Source of the DNA: Enterobacterales bacterium endosymbiont of Anomoneura mori
GTDB lineage: Bacteria; Pseudomonadota; Gammaproteobacteria; Enterobacterales; Enterobacteriaceae_A
NCBI RefSeq assembly: GCF_047159375.1
Contig: NZ_AP031381.1
Location: 180,001 to 212,000, forward strand
DNA: 32,000 bases
Reading direction: 5' to 3'
The position numbers were made by a program, and so were the translations under genes. Below, one piece after another: positions 9,422-18,256 of this stretch. The notes under the pieces were generated by a model. That model worked only from the letters and a program-made list of their open reading frames with translations. It searched no databases and was not told the DNA's origin. Each line of letters starts with the position of its first letter. Positions within the stretch are counted from its first letter, which is position 1.

Positions 9422-12082
9422 ATGTTTAAAGAAAAATATGATATTGATATTGTTGAAACTAACGAATGGTTACAATCAGCTGATTTAATAATTAAAAAAG
9501 ATGGTAAAAAACGTTTAAATTATTTAATTAATAAAATTATAAAGCATGTATATAAAATTAATATTGATATTTTTAATAATATAAAAAATAATAATTATAT
9601 TAACACAATAAATTATAAAGATGATTTAAAGTATCCTGGAAATTTAGAAATAGAAAAAAAAATTTGTTCAATTATTCGTTGGAATGCAATAATTACAATA
9701 TTGAAAGCATCAAAAAAAAAATTAGATTTAGGTGGTCATATAGCAACATATCAATCAATTGCTATTTTTTATGAAGTTTGTTTTAATCATATTTTTAATG
9801 CTTCTAATAAAAATAATAGTGGAGATATTATTTATTTTCAAGGTCATACTTCACCAGGAATTTATTCACGTTCATTTATAGAAGGTAGAATAAATGAAAA
9901 TCATTTAAATAATTTTAGACAAGAAATTTTTAAAAAAGGTTTATGTTCATATCCTCATCCAAGATTAATGCCAAATTTTTGGCAATTTCCAACTGTATCA
10001 ATGGGATTAAGTGCTATAAATGCTATTTATCAAGCTAAATTTTTAAAATATCTTAATAATCGTTCTTTAAAAGATACTAGTAAACAAAAAGTATATGTTT
10101 TTCTTGGTGACGGAGAAATGGATGAACCAGAATCAAAAGGTGTTATAACAATTGCTTCTAGAGAAAAATTAAATAATTTAATATTTATTATTAATTGTAA
10201 TTTACAACGTTTAGATGGTCCTGTAAATGGAAATGGTAAAATTATAAATGAATTAGAAAATATTTTTTTAGGAGCTAATTGGAAAGTTTTAAAATTGATT
10301 TGGGATAGTAATTGGGACAAATTATTAAAAAAAGATAAAACTGGAAAATTATTAAAATTATTAAATGAAACAAATGATGGAGATTATCAAAATTTTTTAA
10401 CTAAAGATATTTCATATATACGTAAAAACTTTTTTGGACGTTATAAAGAAACTTATGAATTAACAAAACATATGAAAGATGAAGAAATTTTAAAATTAAA
10501 TCGAGGTGGTCATGATTTTAAAAAAATTTATACAGTTATTAAAAATGCTCAAAAAAATTATAATAAACCTGTTGTTATTTTAGTACATACTATTAAAGGT
10601 TATGGAATGGGTAAAAATTTTGAAAGTCAAAATATAGCTCATCAAGTTAAAAATATGAATATTGAAGATTTACATTATTTTAAAAATAATTTAAAATTAA
10701 AAATTTCTGATAAAAAAATTAAAAATTTAGAATATATAAAATTTAATAAAGATTCTAAAGAATATAAATATATTATAAAATGTAGAAAATTATTAAATGG
10801 TTTTATTCCAAAACGTTTAAATTTCATTAAAAATAATTTTAATATTATAAATATTAAAAATTTTAAAGAATTATTAAAAAAACAAAAAAAAAAAATATCT
10901 ACTACAACAATTTTTATAAAAATATTAAAAATATTATTAAATGATATATATATTAAAAAATTTATAGTTCCAATAATTTCGGACGAAGCAAGAACTTTTG
11001 GTATGGAAGATTTATTTAAACAAATTGGAATTTATAATTCAAATGGTCAAAAATATATACCTCAAGATATTAATAAATTTTCATATTATAAAGAAGATAA
11101 AACAGGACAAATATTACAAGAAGGAATAAATGAATCTGGAGCAATTTCTTCATGGATAGCAGCTGCTACTTCATATAGTACAAATAATTTACAAATGATT
11201 CCATTTTATATTTTTTATTCAATGTTTGGATTTCAACGTATTGGAGATTTATTATGGGCAGCAGCAGATCAACAAGCTAGAGGATTTTTAATTGGTGCAA
11301 CTTCAGGAAGAACAACTTTAAATGGTGAAGGTTTACAACATGAAGATGGACATAGTCATATTTATTCTTTAACTATTCCAAGTTGTATTTCATATGATCC
11401 AGCATATGCATATGAATTAGTTATAATTATACAAGATGGTATTAATCGTATGTATGGAAAAAATAAAGAAAATATTTATTATTATATAACTGTAACTAAT
11501 GAAAATTATATTATGCCAAAATTTTATAATAATTTTAAATATGGAATTTTAAAAGGTATTTATAAATTAGAAAGTTTAAAAGGAAGTAATAAAAAAATAC
11601 AACTTTTAGGTTCTGGAGCAATTTTAAGAAATATTAGAAAAGCTTCTTATATATTATTTAATGAATATAATATATCTTCTGATATTTTTAGTGTAACTTC
11701 TTTTACAGAATTAGCTAGAGATGGTCAAGATTGTGAACGTTGGAATATATTAAATCCTAAAAAAAATCCTAAAAAACCTTATATACAAAAAATATTAAAA
11801 AATATACCTACAGTAGCATCTTCTGATTATATAAAATTATTTACTGAACAAATATCTAAATTTATATATAATAATAATTATTATTCTTTAGGTACTGATG
11901 GTTATGGACGTTCAGATAGTAGAAAAAATTTACGTTATTATTTCGAAATTGATTCATTTTATATTGTAATTGCATCTTTAAATTTATTATATAAAAATAA
12001 AATAATTAATAAAAATATAATCGAAGATTATATATTTAAATTTAATATTAATATTAAAAAAAATAATCCAAGATTATTATAA
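9422..12082 (+). CDS. aceE: Pyruvate dehydrogenase E1 component
   Basis: 886 aa against 887 aa in E. coli. Long identical blocks include FLGDGEMDEPESKG, INCNLQRLDGPV, NGEGLQHEDGHSH and SFTELARDGQDCERWN. Confidence 0.98.
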   Translation: MFKEKYDIDIVETNEWLQSADLIIKKDGKKRLNYLINKIIKHVYKINIDIFNNIKNNNYINTINYKDDLKYPGNLEIEKKICSIIRWNAIITILKASKKKLDLGGHIATYQSIAIFYEVCFNHIFNASNKNNSGDIIYFQGHTSPGIYSRSFIEGRINENHLNNFRQEIFKKGLCSYPHPRLMPNFWQFPTVSMGLSAINAIYQAKFLKYLNNRSLKDTSKQKVYVFLGDGEMDEPESKGVITIASREKLNNLIFIINCNLQRLDGPVNGNGKIINELENIFLGANWKVLKLIWDSNWDKLLKKDKTGKLLKLLNETNDGDYQNFLTKDISYIRKNFFGRYKETYELTKHMKDEEILKLNRGGHDFKKIYTVIKNAQKNYNKPVVILVHTIKGYGMGKNFESQNIAHQVKNMNIEDLHYFKNNLKLKISDKKIKNLEYIKFNKDSKEYKYIIKCRKLLNGFIPKRLNFIKNNFNIINIKNFKELLKKQKKKISTTTIFIKILKILLNDIYIKKFIVPIISDEARTFGMEDLFKQIGIYNSNGQKYIPQDINKFSYYKEDKTGQILQEGINESGAISSWIAAATSYSTNNLQMIPFYIFYSMFGFQRIGDLLWAAADQQARGFLIGATSGRTTLNGEGLQHEDGHSHIYSLTIPSCISYDPAYAYELVIIIQDGINRMYGKNKENIYYYITVTNENYIMPKFYNNFKYGILKGIYKLESLKGSNKKIQLLGSGAILRNIRKASYILFNEYNISSDIFSVTSFTELARDGQDCERWNILNPKKNPKKPYIQKILKNIPTVASSDYIKLFTEQISKFIYNNNYYSLGTDGYGRSDSRKNLRYYFEIDSFYIVIASLNLLYKNKIINKNIIEDYIFKFNINIKKNNPRLL

Positions 12083-12093
12083 AAAAGGAAAAA

Positions 12094-13278
12094 ATGTTAA
12101 TTGAAATAAAATTACCAAATATTAGTAATGATGAATTTGAAGTTACAAATATTTTAGTTAAAATTGGAGAAAATATTAAAAAAAAACAATCTCTTCTTAC
12201 TATTGAAGGAGATAAAACTTCTTTAGAGATTCCATCTGATTTTTCAGGTATAGTTAAAGAAATAAAAATTAATATAGGTGATAAAGTTAAAACTGATTCT
12301 TTACTTTTTATTATTGATAATGAAAAAAATGAAAAAATAAATAATATATTCAAAAAAAAAATTGTTCAAGAAAATAATATTATTAATGAAATATATGCAA
12401 GTCCGTTAATTAAAAGTTTATCACGCGAATTTAATATTGATTTAAATAAAATAAAAGGAACTGGTTTAAAAGGAAGAATTACTAAAGAAGATATTCAATT
12501 ATATATTAATAAAAAAAAAAATAATAAAATATATGAAGATAAAAAAAATGATAAAAATAATATTTTTATAATTAATAAAAATATTGAAAATATAAAATTA
12601 AGTAATATACAAAAAATATCAGGTAAAAAATTATTAAAAAATTGGATGACAATTCCACATGTTACAATTTTTGATAAAATTGATATTACTAATTTAGAAA
12701 AATTTAGAAATAAAAAAAATGAAGAATTTTTAAAAAAAAAAAAAAAAGTAAAAATTACACCTTTAGTATTTATTATAAAAGCAGTTGCAATTGTTTTAAA
12801 TAAAATGCCAAAATTTAATAGTATATTATCTAAAAATAATGAATATTTAAAAATAAATAAATATATTAATATTGGAATTGCTGTTGAAACAAATAAAGGT
12901 TTAATAGTTCCAGTTATCAAAAATATTAAAAATAAAAATATTATTAAAATTTCAGAAGAATTAATTGATATTTCTAATAAAGCTAGAAAAGGAATTTTAA
13001 ATAATAATGAAATTAGTGATAGTTGTTTTACAATTTCTAGTTTAGGACATATTGGAACAAAATATTTTACACCAATTATTAACGCACCAGAAGTTTCAAT
13101 ATTAGGTATTTCAAGATCTTCTGTAGAACCAATTTGGAATAATAAAGAATTTAAACCAAAAATAATGTTACCAATTTCACTTTCTTTTGATCATAGAGCT
13201 ATTGATGGAGCTGATGGTGCACGTTTTATAAAAAAAATAAGTTATTTATTATCAGATATTCGTAATATTATTATGTAA
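12094..13278 (+). CDS. aceF: Pyruvate dehydrogenase E2 (dihydrolipoamide acetyltransferase), single-lipoyl-domain form
   Basis: 394 aa. It has one lipoyl domain (TIEGDKTSLEIPS), an E3-binding domain (ASPLIKSLSREFNIDLNKIKGTGLKGRITKEDI) and a catalytic domain with DHRAIDGA. It starts 11 nt after aceE and has an AAGGA Shine-Dalgarno. Confidence 0.96.
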   Translation: MLIEIKLPNISNDEFEVTNILVKIGENIKKKQSLLTIEGDKTSLEIPSDFSGIVKEIKINIGDKVKTDSLLFIIDNEKNEKINNIFKKKIVQENNIINEIYASPLIKSLSREFNIDLNKIKGTGLKGRITKEDIQLYINKKKNNKIYEDKKNDKNNIFIINKNIENIKLSNIQKISGKKLLKNWMTIPHVTIFDKIDITNLEKFRNKKNEEFLKKKKKVKITPLVFIIKAVAIVLNKMPKFNSILSKNNEYLKINKYINIGIAVETNKGLIVPVIKNIKNKNIIKISEELIDISNKARKGILNNNEISDSCFTISSLGHIGTKYFTPIINAPEVSILGISRSSVEPIWNNKEFKPKIMLPISLSFDHRAIDGADGARFIKKISYLLSDIRNIIM

Positions 13279-13370
13279 GATAAAACTTAAATAATTATTA
13301 ATTTTAAAAATAATATAAATATTTATTTAAATATTATTAAAATAATTTTTTATATTAAAAGGTATTAATA

Positions 13371-15911
13371 ATGTATAAAAAATATTTATTTAAAAATATA
13401 GAAAAAAATGTTCAAAAATATTGGTTAAAAAAAAAATTTTTTAATGTTAATGAAAATAATAAAAAAAAAAAATATTATGTTTTATGTATGATTCCTTATC
13501 CTTCTGGTAAATTACATATGGGACATGTTAGAAATTATACTATTGGCGATGTAATTTCTAGATTTCAAAGAATGAAAGGTAAAAATGTTATGCAACCTAT
13601 GGGTTGGGATGCTTTTGGATTACCTGCTGAAACATCTGCTATTATAAATAATATTTCACCTTCAATTTGGACTTATAAAAATATTAAAAATATGAAAAAA
13701 CAACTTCAATCTTTAGGATTTTCTTATGATTGGGATAGAGAAATTATAACATGTAAACCAGAATATTATAAATGGGAACAATGGTTTTTTTTAAAATTAT
13801 ATGAAAAAAAATTAATTTATAAAAAAAAAACTTTAGTAAATTGGTGTGAATATGATAAAACAGTACTTGCAAATGAACAAGTAATAAATAATAAATGTTG
13901 GCGTTGTGATAATAAAATTAAAAAAAAAAATTTATCACAATATTTTATAAAGATTACTAATTATGCTGAACAACTATTAAATGATTTAAAACATTTAAAA
14001 TATTGGCCAAAAAAAGTTAAAAATATGCAAAAGAATTGGATTGGTAAAATTAATACTATAGAAATTATTTTTGAAATTTTTAATAATAATAAAAAAATAA
14101 AAATATTATCTAATAGTTTAGATAATTTTATGAATGTAACATATATTATGATTTCTTTAAGTAATTTATTTTCAATTAAAGAATCTAAAAAAAATATTAA
14201 AATTAAACAATTTATTTATAAATATAAAAATAAATATAATAATTATAATATTAATTCTAAAGGAATATTTACTAATTTATTTGCAATTCATCCTATTACA
14301 AAAAAAAAATTACCTATATGGATTGTAAATTGTAATTTATTTTATAATCTTTATAATTCAAATTTAGCAATACCTAAAAATAATATTTTTGATTTTAAAT
14401 TTGCAAAAAAATATAATATTCAAATTAAATTTAAAAAAAATATTTTAAATAAATTAATAATTAAAAAAAATATATTTTTAGATTTATTAAAATTTGATAA
14501 ATTAAATAATATAAATAAAAATAATATTATTTCAAATATATTAATTAATTTAAATATTTATAAAAAAAAAACTTTTTATAAATTACATGATTGGAATATT
14601 TCTAGACAAAGATATTGGGGTGCACCAATACCAATAATAAATAATAAAAAAAATATTATTATTTTAAAAAAACAATTACCTATTATATTACCAGAAAATA
14701 TTTTAATAAATAATATTAAAAATTTTTTAAAATTTAATTTTAAATGGTTTAAAATTTTATATAATAATAAATATATTAAATTTAATATAGATACTTTTGA
14801 TACATTTATAGAATCTTCTTGGTATTATATAAGATATACATCTCCAAAATATAACAAAAGTATTATAAATTTAAAATCTATAAATTATTGGTTACCTATA
14901 GATCAATATATTGGTGGTATTGAACATTCTGTAATGCATTTATTATATTTTAGATTTTTTCATAAATTATTTAGAGATTTTGGTTTAGTTAATACTAATG
15001 AACCAGCTAAAAAATTAATTTGTCAAGGTATGGTGTTATCAGAAGCATTTTATTATTTTAATAAAAAAAATGAAAAAATTTGGATTAATAAAAATAAAAT
15101 AAATATAAAATATAATAATAATAAAAAAAATATTTTATTAACAGATAAAGAAGGTAATAAAGTTAAATATGCAGGAATGATTAAAATGTCAAAATCTAAA
15201 AATAATGGTGTTGATCCTAAAATAATTATTAAAAAATATGGTGCTGATACTGTTAGACTTTTTATTATGTTTGCATCACCAATAGAAATGGAATTAGAAT
15301 GGAAAGAATCTCAATTAATAGGAATTTATAGATTTTTAAAAAGAATTTGGAAAATGGTTATTGATCATATTAAAAATAAAAAATTGAAACCTTTAAAAAT
15401 TTTAATATTAAATAAAAAACAAAAAAAAATATTTTTTTTTATTCATAAAATTATTTATAAAATAACTTATGATATTGAAAAACGTCAACATTTTAATACT
15501 GCAATTTCTAAAATAATGAAATTTGTAAATAAATTAAATTATTTTAAAAAAAATAATTATATTAATGATTATATTTTTCATGAATTTTTATTAATATTAA
15601 TTCGTTTACTTAACCCTTTTGTTCCTCATATATGTTTTAAATTATGGAAATTATTATATGAAAAAGATGATATAGATTTTGTTTCATGGCCAATTTTTAA
15701 TAAATTTTTTTTAATTAAAAAAAAAATAAATATAATAATACAAATAAATGGAAAATTTTATAATAATATATTAATTAAAAAAGATTTAAAAAAAGAAAAT
15801 ATTTTAAAAAAAATAAAAAAAAAATTTTTTAATAAAAAAATAAATTTTAAAAATATTTATAAAATTATATATATTTCAAATAAAATATTTAATATAATTT
15901 TAAAATCTTAA
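13371..15911 (+). CDS. leuS: Leucyl-tRNA synthetase
   Basis: 846 aa. It carries HMGH and KMSKSKNNG class-I signatures. DWNISRQRYWGAPIP and LPIDQYIGGIEHSVMHLLYFRFFHK are colinear with E. coli LeuRS. Confidence 0.97.
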   Translation: MYKKYLFKNIEKNVQKYWLKKKFFNVNENNKKKKYYVLCMIPYPSGKLHMGHVRNYTIGDVISRFQRMKGKNVMQPMGWDAFGLPAETSAIINNISPSIWTYKNIKNMKKQLQSLGFSYDWDREIITCKPEYYKWEQWFFLKLYEKKLIYKKKTLVNWCEYDKTVLANEQVINNKCWRCDNKIKKKNLSQYFIKITNYAEQLLNDLKHLKYWPKKVKNMQKNWIGKINTIEIIFEIFNNNKKIKILSNSLDNFMNVTYIMISLSNLFSIKESKKNIKIKQFIYKYKNKYNNYNINSKGIFTNLFAIHPITKKKLPIWIVNCNLFYNLYNSNLAIPKNNIFDFKFAKKYNIQIKFKKNILNKLIIKKNIFLDLLKFDKLNNINKNNIISNILINLNIYKKKTFYKLHDWNISRQRYWGAPIPIINNKKNIIILKKQLPIILPENILINNIKNFLKFNFKWFKILYNNKYIKFNIDTFDTFIESSWYYIRYTSPKYNKSIINLKSINYWLPIDQYIGGIEHSVMHLLYFRFFHKLFRDFGLVNTNEPAKKLICQGMVLSEAFYYFNKKNEKIWINKNKINIKYNNNKKNILLTDKEGNKVKYAGMIKMSKSKNNGVDPKIIIKKYGADTVRLFIMFASPIEMELEWKESQLIGIYRFLKRIWKMVIDHIKNKKLKPLKILILNKKQKKIFFFIHKIIYKITYDIEKRQHFNTAISKIMKFVNKLNYFKKNNYINDYIFHEFLLILIRLLNPFVPHICFKLWKLLYEKDDIDFVSWPIFNKFFLIKKKINIIIQINGKFYNNILIKKDLKKENILKKIKKKFFNKKINFKNIYKIIYISNKIFNIILKS

Positions 15912-15979
15912 TTTTAATTATTAAAATATTAAAAAAAATTAAAATATTTTATATTATTAATTTATTATTTTTAAATATT

Positions 15980-16972
15980 ATGAATATAAATATATATAAA
16001 AAAAATAAAATTATTAATAATAAAAAATTTAAAATTTATTTATTTTATGGTAATGATATTTTTTTAATAAATAAATATAAAAGTTTAATTAAAAAATTTT
16101 TTTTTAAAAAATATAATGAATATATAAATATTAAAATTAATAAAAATATTAATTGGAAAAATATTTTTTTAAATTTAAAAAAAAAAAAATTTTTAATTAA
16201 AAAAAGAATATTATTTTTAGAATTTGAAGAAAAAATAAATATTATAATATTAAATTATTTAATTAAATTAATAGAAATATTTTGTAAAGAATTTATAATA
16301 GTATTAATTATTTCACAATTAGTAGATTTATTGAAAAATTTTTTAATTAACAAAAATATATATAATTATATAATTAAAATTAATTGTAATAAATATTGTT
16401 TAAAAAATTTTATTAAATATAAAAATTTTCAAATTAAAAAAATGAATATAAAATTAGATTTAAAATCTAATAATATTCTTTTAGAAAATTTTATAGGAAA
16501 TTTATTAGAATTATCACAATTTTTAAAATTATTATTTTTAATATATCCTTGTGGAAACATTAATATAAATAATATTAAAAAAATAATTTATAATGTTTCT
16601 TGTTATAATAATTTAAATTTAATTAAAAATTTACTTATTGGAAATATTAATAATTCTTTAAATATTTATAAAAATACATTTAAAAAAAATAATAAACCTA
16701 TTTTATTAATATATATATTAAAAAATGAATTAATTTTTCTTATGAAAATAAAATTTATAAAAAATATTAAAAAAAATATTAAAATATTTAATAAATATAA
16801 AATACATTATAATAATATAATATTATATTATAAAGCTATTAATAGAATATCTTTAAATAATTTAAATAATGCATTTTTACTTTTATCTAAAATTGAAAAT
16901 TTATTAAAAAATGATAATAGTAAATTATTTTGGAATGAAATTGAAAAATTATTAATATTAATATGTAAATAG
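15980..16972 (+). CDS. holA: DNA polymerase III delta subunit
   Basis: 330 aa, downstream of leuS as in E. coli. It is divergent but alignable: YLFYGNDIFL matches YLLLGNDPLL, GNLLELSQFL matches GNLLALAQAL, KPILLIYILKNEL matches EPVILLRTLQREL, and FWNEIEKL matches VWAELEGL. It has the only TAG stop in the window. Confidence 0.85.
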   Translation: MNINIYKKNKIINNKKFKIYLFYGNDIFLINKYKSLIKKFFFKKYNEYINIKINKNINWKNIFLNLKKKKFLIKKRILFLEFEEKINIIILNYLIKLIEIFCKEFIIVLIISQLVDLLKNFLINKNIYNYIIKINCNKYCLKNFIKYKNFQIKKMNIKLDLKSNNILLENFIGNLLELSQFLKLLFLIYPCGNININNIKKIIYNVSCYNNLNLIKNLLIGNINNSLNIYKNTFKKNNKPILLIYILKNELIFLMKIKFIKNIKKNIKIFNKYKIHYNNIILYYKAINRISLNNLNNAFLLLSKIENLLKNDNSKLFWNEIEKLLILICK

Positions 16973-16985
16973 TTTTTAAATAATA

Positions 16986-17022
16986 GTCTATTAAATTTTA
17001 TAATTAATAAAATTTAATAGAC
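16986..17022. terminator. Perfect 16-bp hairpin between convergent holA and mdfA; likely a bidirectional intrinsic terminator
   Basis: GTCTATTAAATTTTAT (16986-17001), loop AATTA, ATAAAATTTAATAGAC (17007-17022). The arms are exact reverse complements and include G/C positions. The hairpin lies 14 nt after the holA stop and 17 nt after the mdfA stop. Confidence 0.6.
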
Positions 17023-17038
17023 CCTAAAATTTAAAAAA

Positions 17039-18256
17039 TTATTTTTTTTTTATATTATTTAATAATAATAAATTATTTCTATTTTGTTTAAAAAATAATA
17101 TAATAAAAAATAACCATAAAAAACCATTTAACATATTTAAAAAATTAAATGCATTTACACCTTTCCATAAAAAAATTTTTTTTGAAAATTCAATATTTGA
17201 TATTAAAATTAAAATAGTAATCATTCCCATAATTGCTGAAACACTTCCTTTTCTAAAATTATTTGTAAATAATGTTATTCTAGTTAAACAAGGATTAGCA
17301 ATACCAAGTCCAAATGCATAAATACCTAAACTAGTTGTTAAGAATAAAGATGAATGAACTTTAATAAACATAGAACATACAGCAAGTATTAAACCAATTA
17401 CTAAAGGTTTACCGGCAAATTTTATTAAATCTTCTAAATTCTTTAATTTACTTAAAAAACTTAATGTAAAATTTCCAAATATTAATCCTATAAATACAGG
17501 CATTTGTAAAATTGCATAAGAAAGCATTGTTAATTTGTCTTTACTCATTAAAATTACTGGAGAAATTGCGATCCAAACAATTAATGGTACATTAGCAAAA
17601 CCTATAGAAAATGCACCACATAAAAATTTAAAATCTTTAAATAAAAATTTATAATTTTTAAATAAATTAATAGAAGTAATATTATTTTTTTTATTTATTG
17701 GGGGTTCAGGCATAAAATTAAATAAACCTATTAATGATAAAAGAGCAATTAATGAAAAACCTACAAACATACCTTGCCATGGACATATTTTAATTATAAA
17801 TGCACCTCCTAAAGGTCCAAATAATGGTGCTGATAAAGCAATATTTGCCATTATTGCAATTAATTTAATACAAGTTTTTTCATCATAAGATTCTTGTATT
17901 GTAGTATATCCTACAGTACCAATAAAACATAATCCCATACCTTGTAAAAATCTTACTAAAATAAATTGTTTGATATTAACAGTAAATGTTATTAATAAAC
18001 AACTAAAAATAAAAAAACATACACCAAAAAACATTATAGGACGTCTACCATATTTATCAGATAATGGTCCAAATAACCATTGTAAACACATTCCACCAGA
18101 TAAATATGCTGTTAAAGATGTAGGAATCCATTCAATTCCAGCATGAAAATATTTAACTACTTCAACCATTGCAGGTTGCATCATATCATTTGTAATATAT
18201 ACTATTAATTCAAATAATACTAAGCTAACAGGAAACATTATACGGTTTATTTTCAT
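17039..18256 (-). CDS. mdfA: MFS multidrug/cation:proton antiporter, MdfA (Cmr) family
   Basis: 405 aa against about 410 aa in E. coli MdfA. LVLFELIVYITNDMMQPAM matches LVLYEFSTYIGNDMIQPGM, so the membrane-embedded E26 and D34 are retained. LSDKYGRRPIM, FLQGMGLCFIGTVGYTTIQES and IKLIAIMANIALSAPL also match. Confidence 0.9.
   Translation of the reverse strand: MKINRIMFPVSLVLFELIVYITNDMMQPAMVEVVKYFHAGIEWIPTSLTAYLSGGMCLQWLFGPLSDKYGRRPIMFFGVCFFIFSCLLITFTVNIKQFILVRFLQGMGLCFIGTVGYTTIQESYDEKTCIKLIAIMANIALSAPLFGPLGGAFIIKICPWQGMFVGFSLIALLSLIGLFNFMPEPPINKKNNITSINLFKNYKFLFKDFKFLCGAFSIGFANVPLIVWIAISPVILMSKDKLTMLSYAILQMPVFIGLIFGNFTLSFLSKLKNLEDLIKFAGKPLVIGLILAVCSMFIKVHSSLFLTTSLGIYAFGLGIANPCLTRITLFTNNFRKGSVSAIMGMITILILISNIEFSKKIFLWKGVNAFNFLNMLNGFLWLFFIILFFKQNRNNLLLLNNIKKK

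Noticed and set aside
10030-10320. Track ORF of 96 aa on the - strand
   Set aside because: It is antisense to the most conserved part of aceE (the GDGEMDEPES / NLQRLDGP region) and has no start context or homology. I treat it as a shadow ORF.
12054-12353. Track ORF of 99 aa on the - strand spanning the aceE/aceF junction
   Set aside because: It is antisense to the aceE 3' end and the aceF lipoyl domain. Its F/I/S-rich composition is what the reverse complement of K/N/E-rich coding DNA produces. I treat it as an artefact.
12495-12920. Track ORF of 141 aa on the - strand, very hydrophobic and superficially like a membrane protein
   Set aside because: It is antisense to aceF. The apparent hydrophobicity (runs of F, I, L) is the complement of AAA/AAT/ATT lysine-, asparagine- and isoleucine-rich codons. 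It has no Shine-Dalgarno and no independent support.
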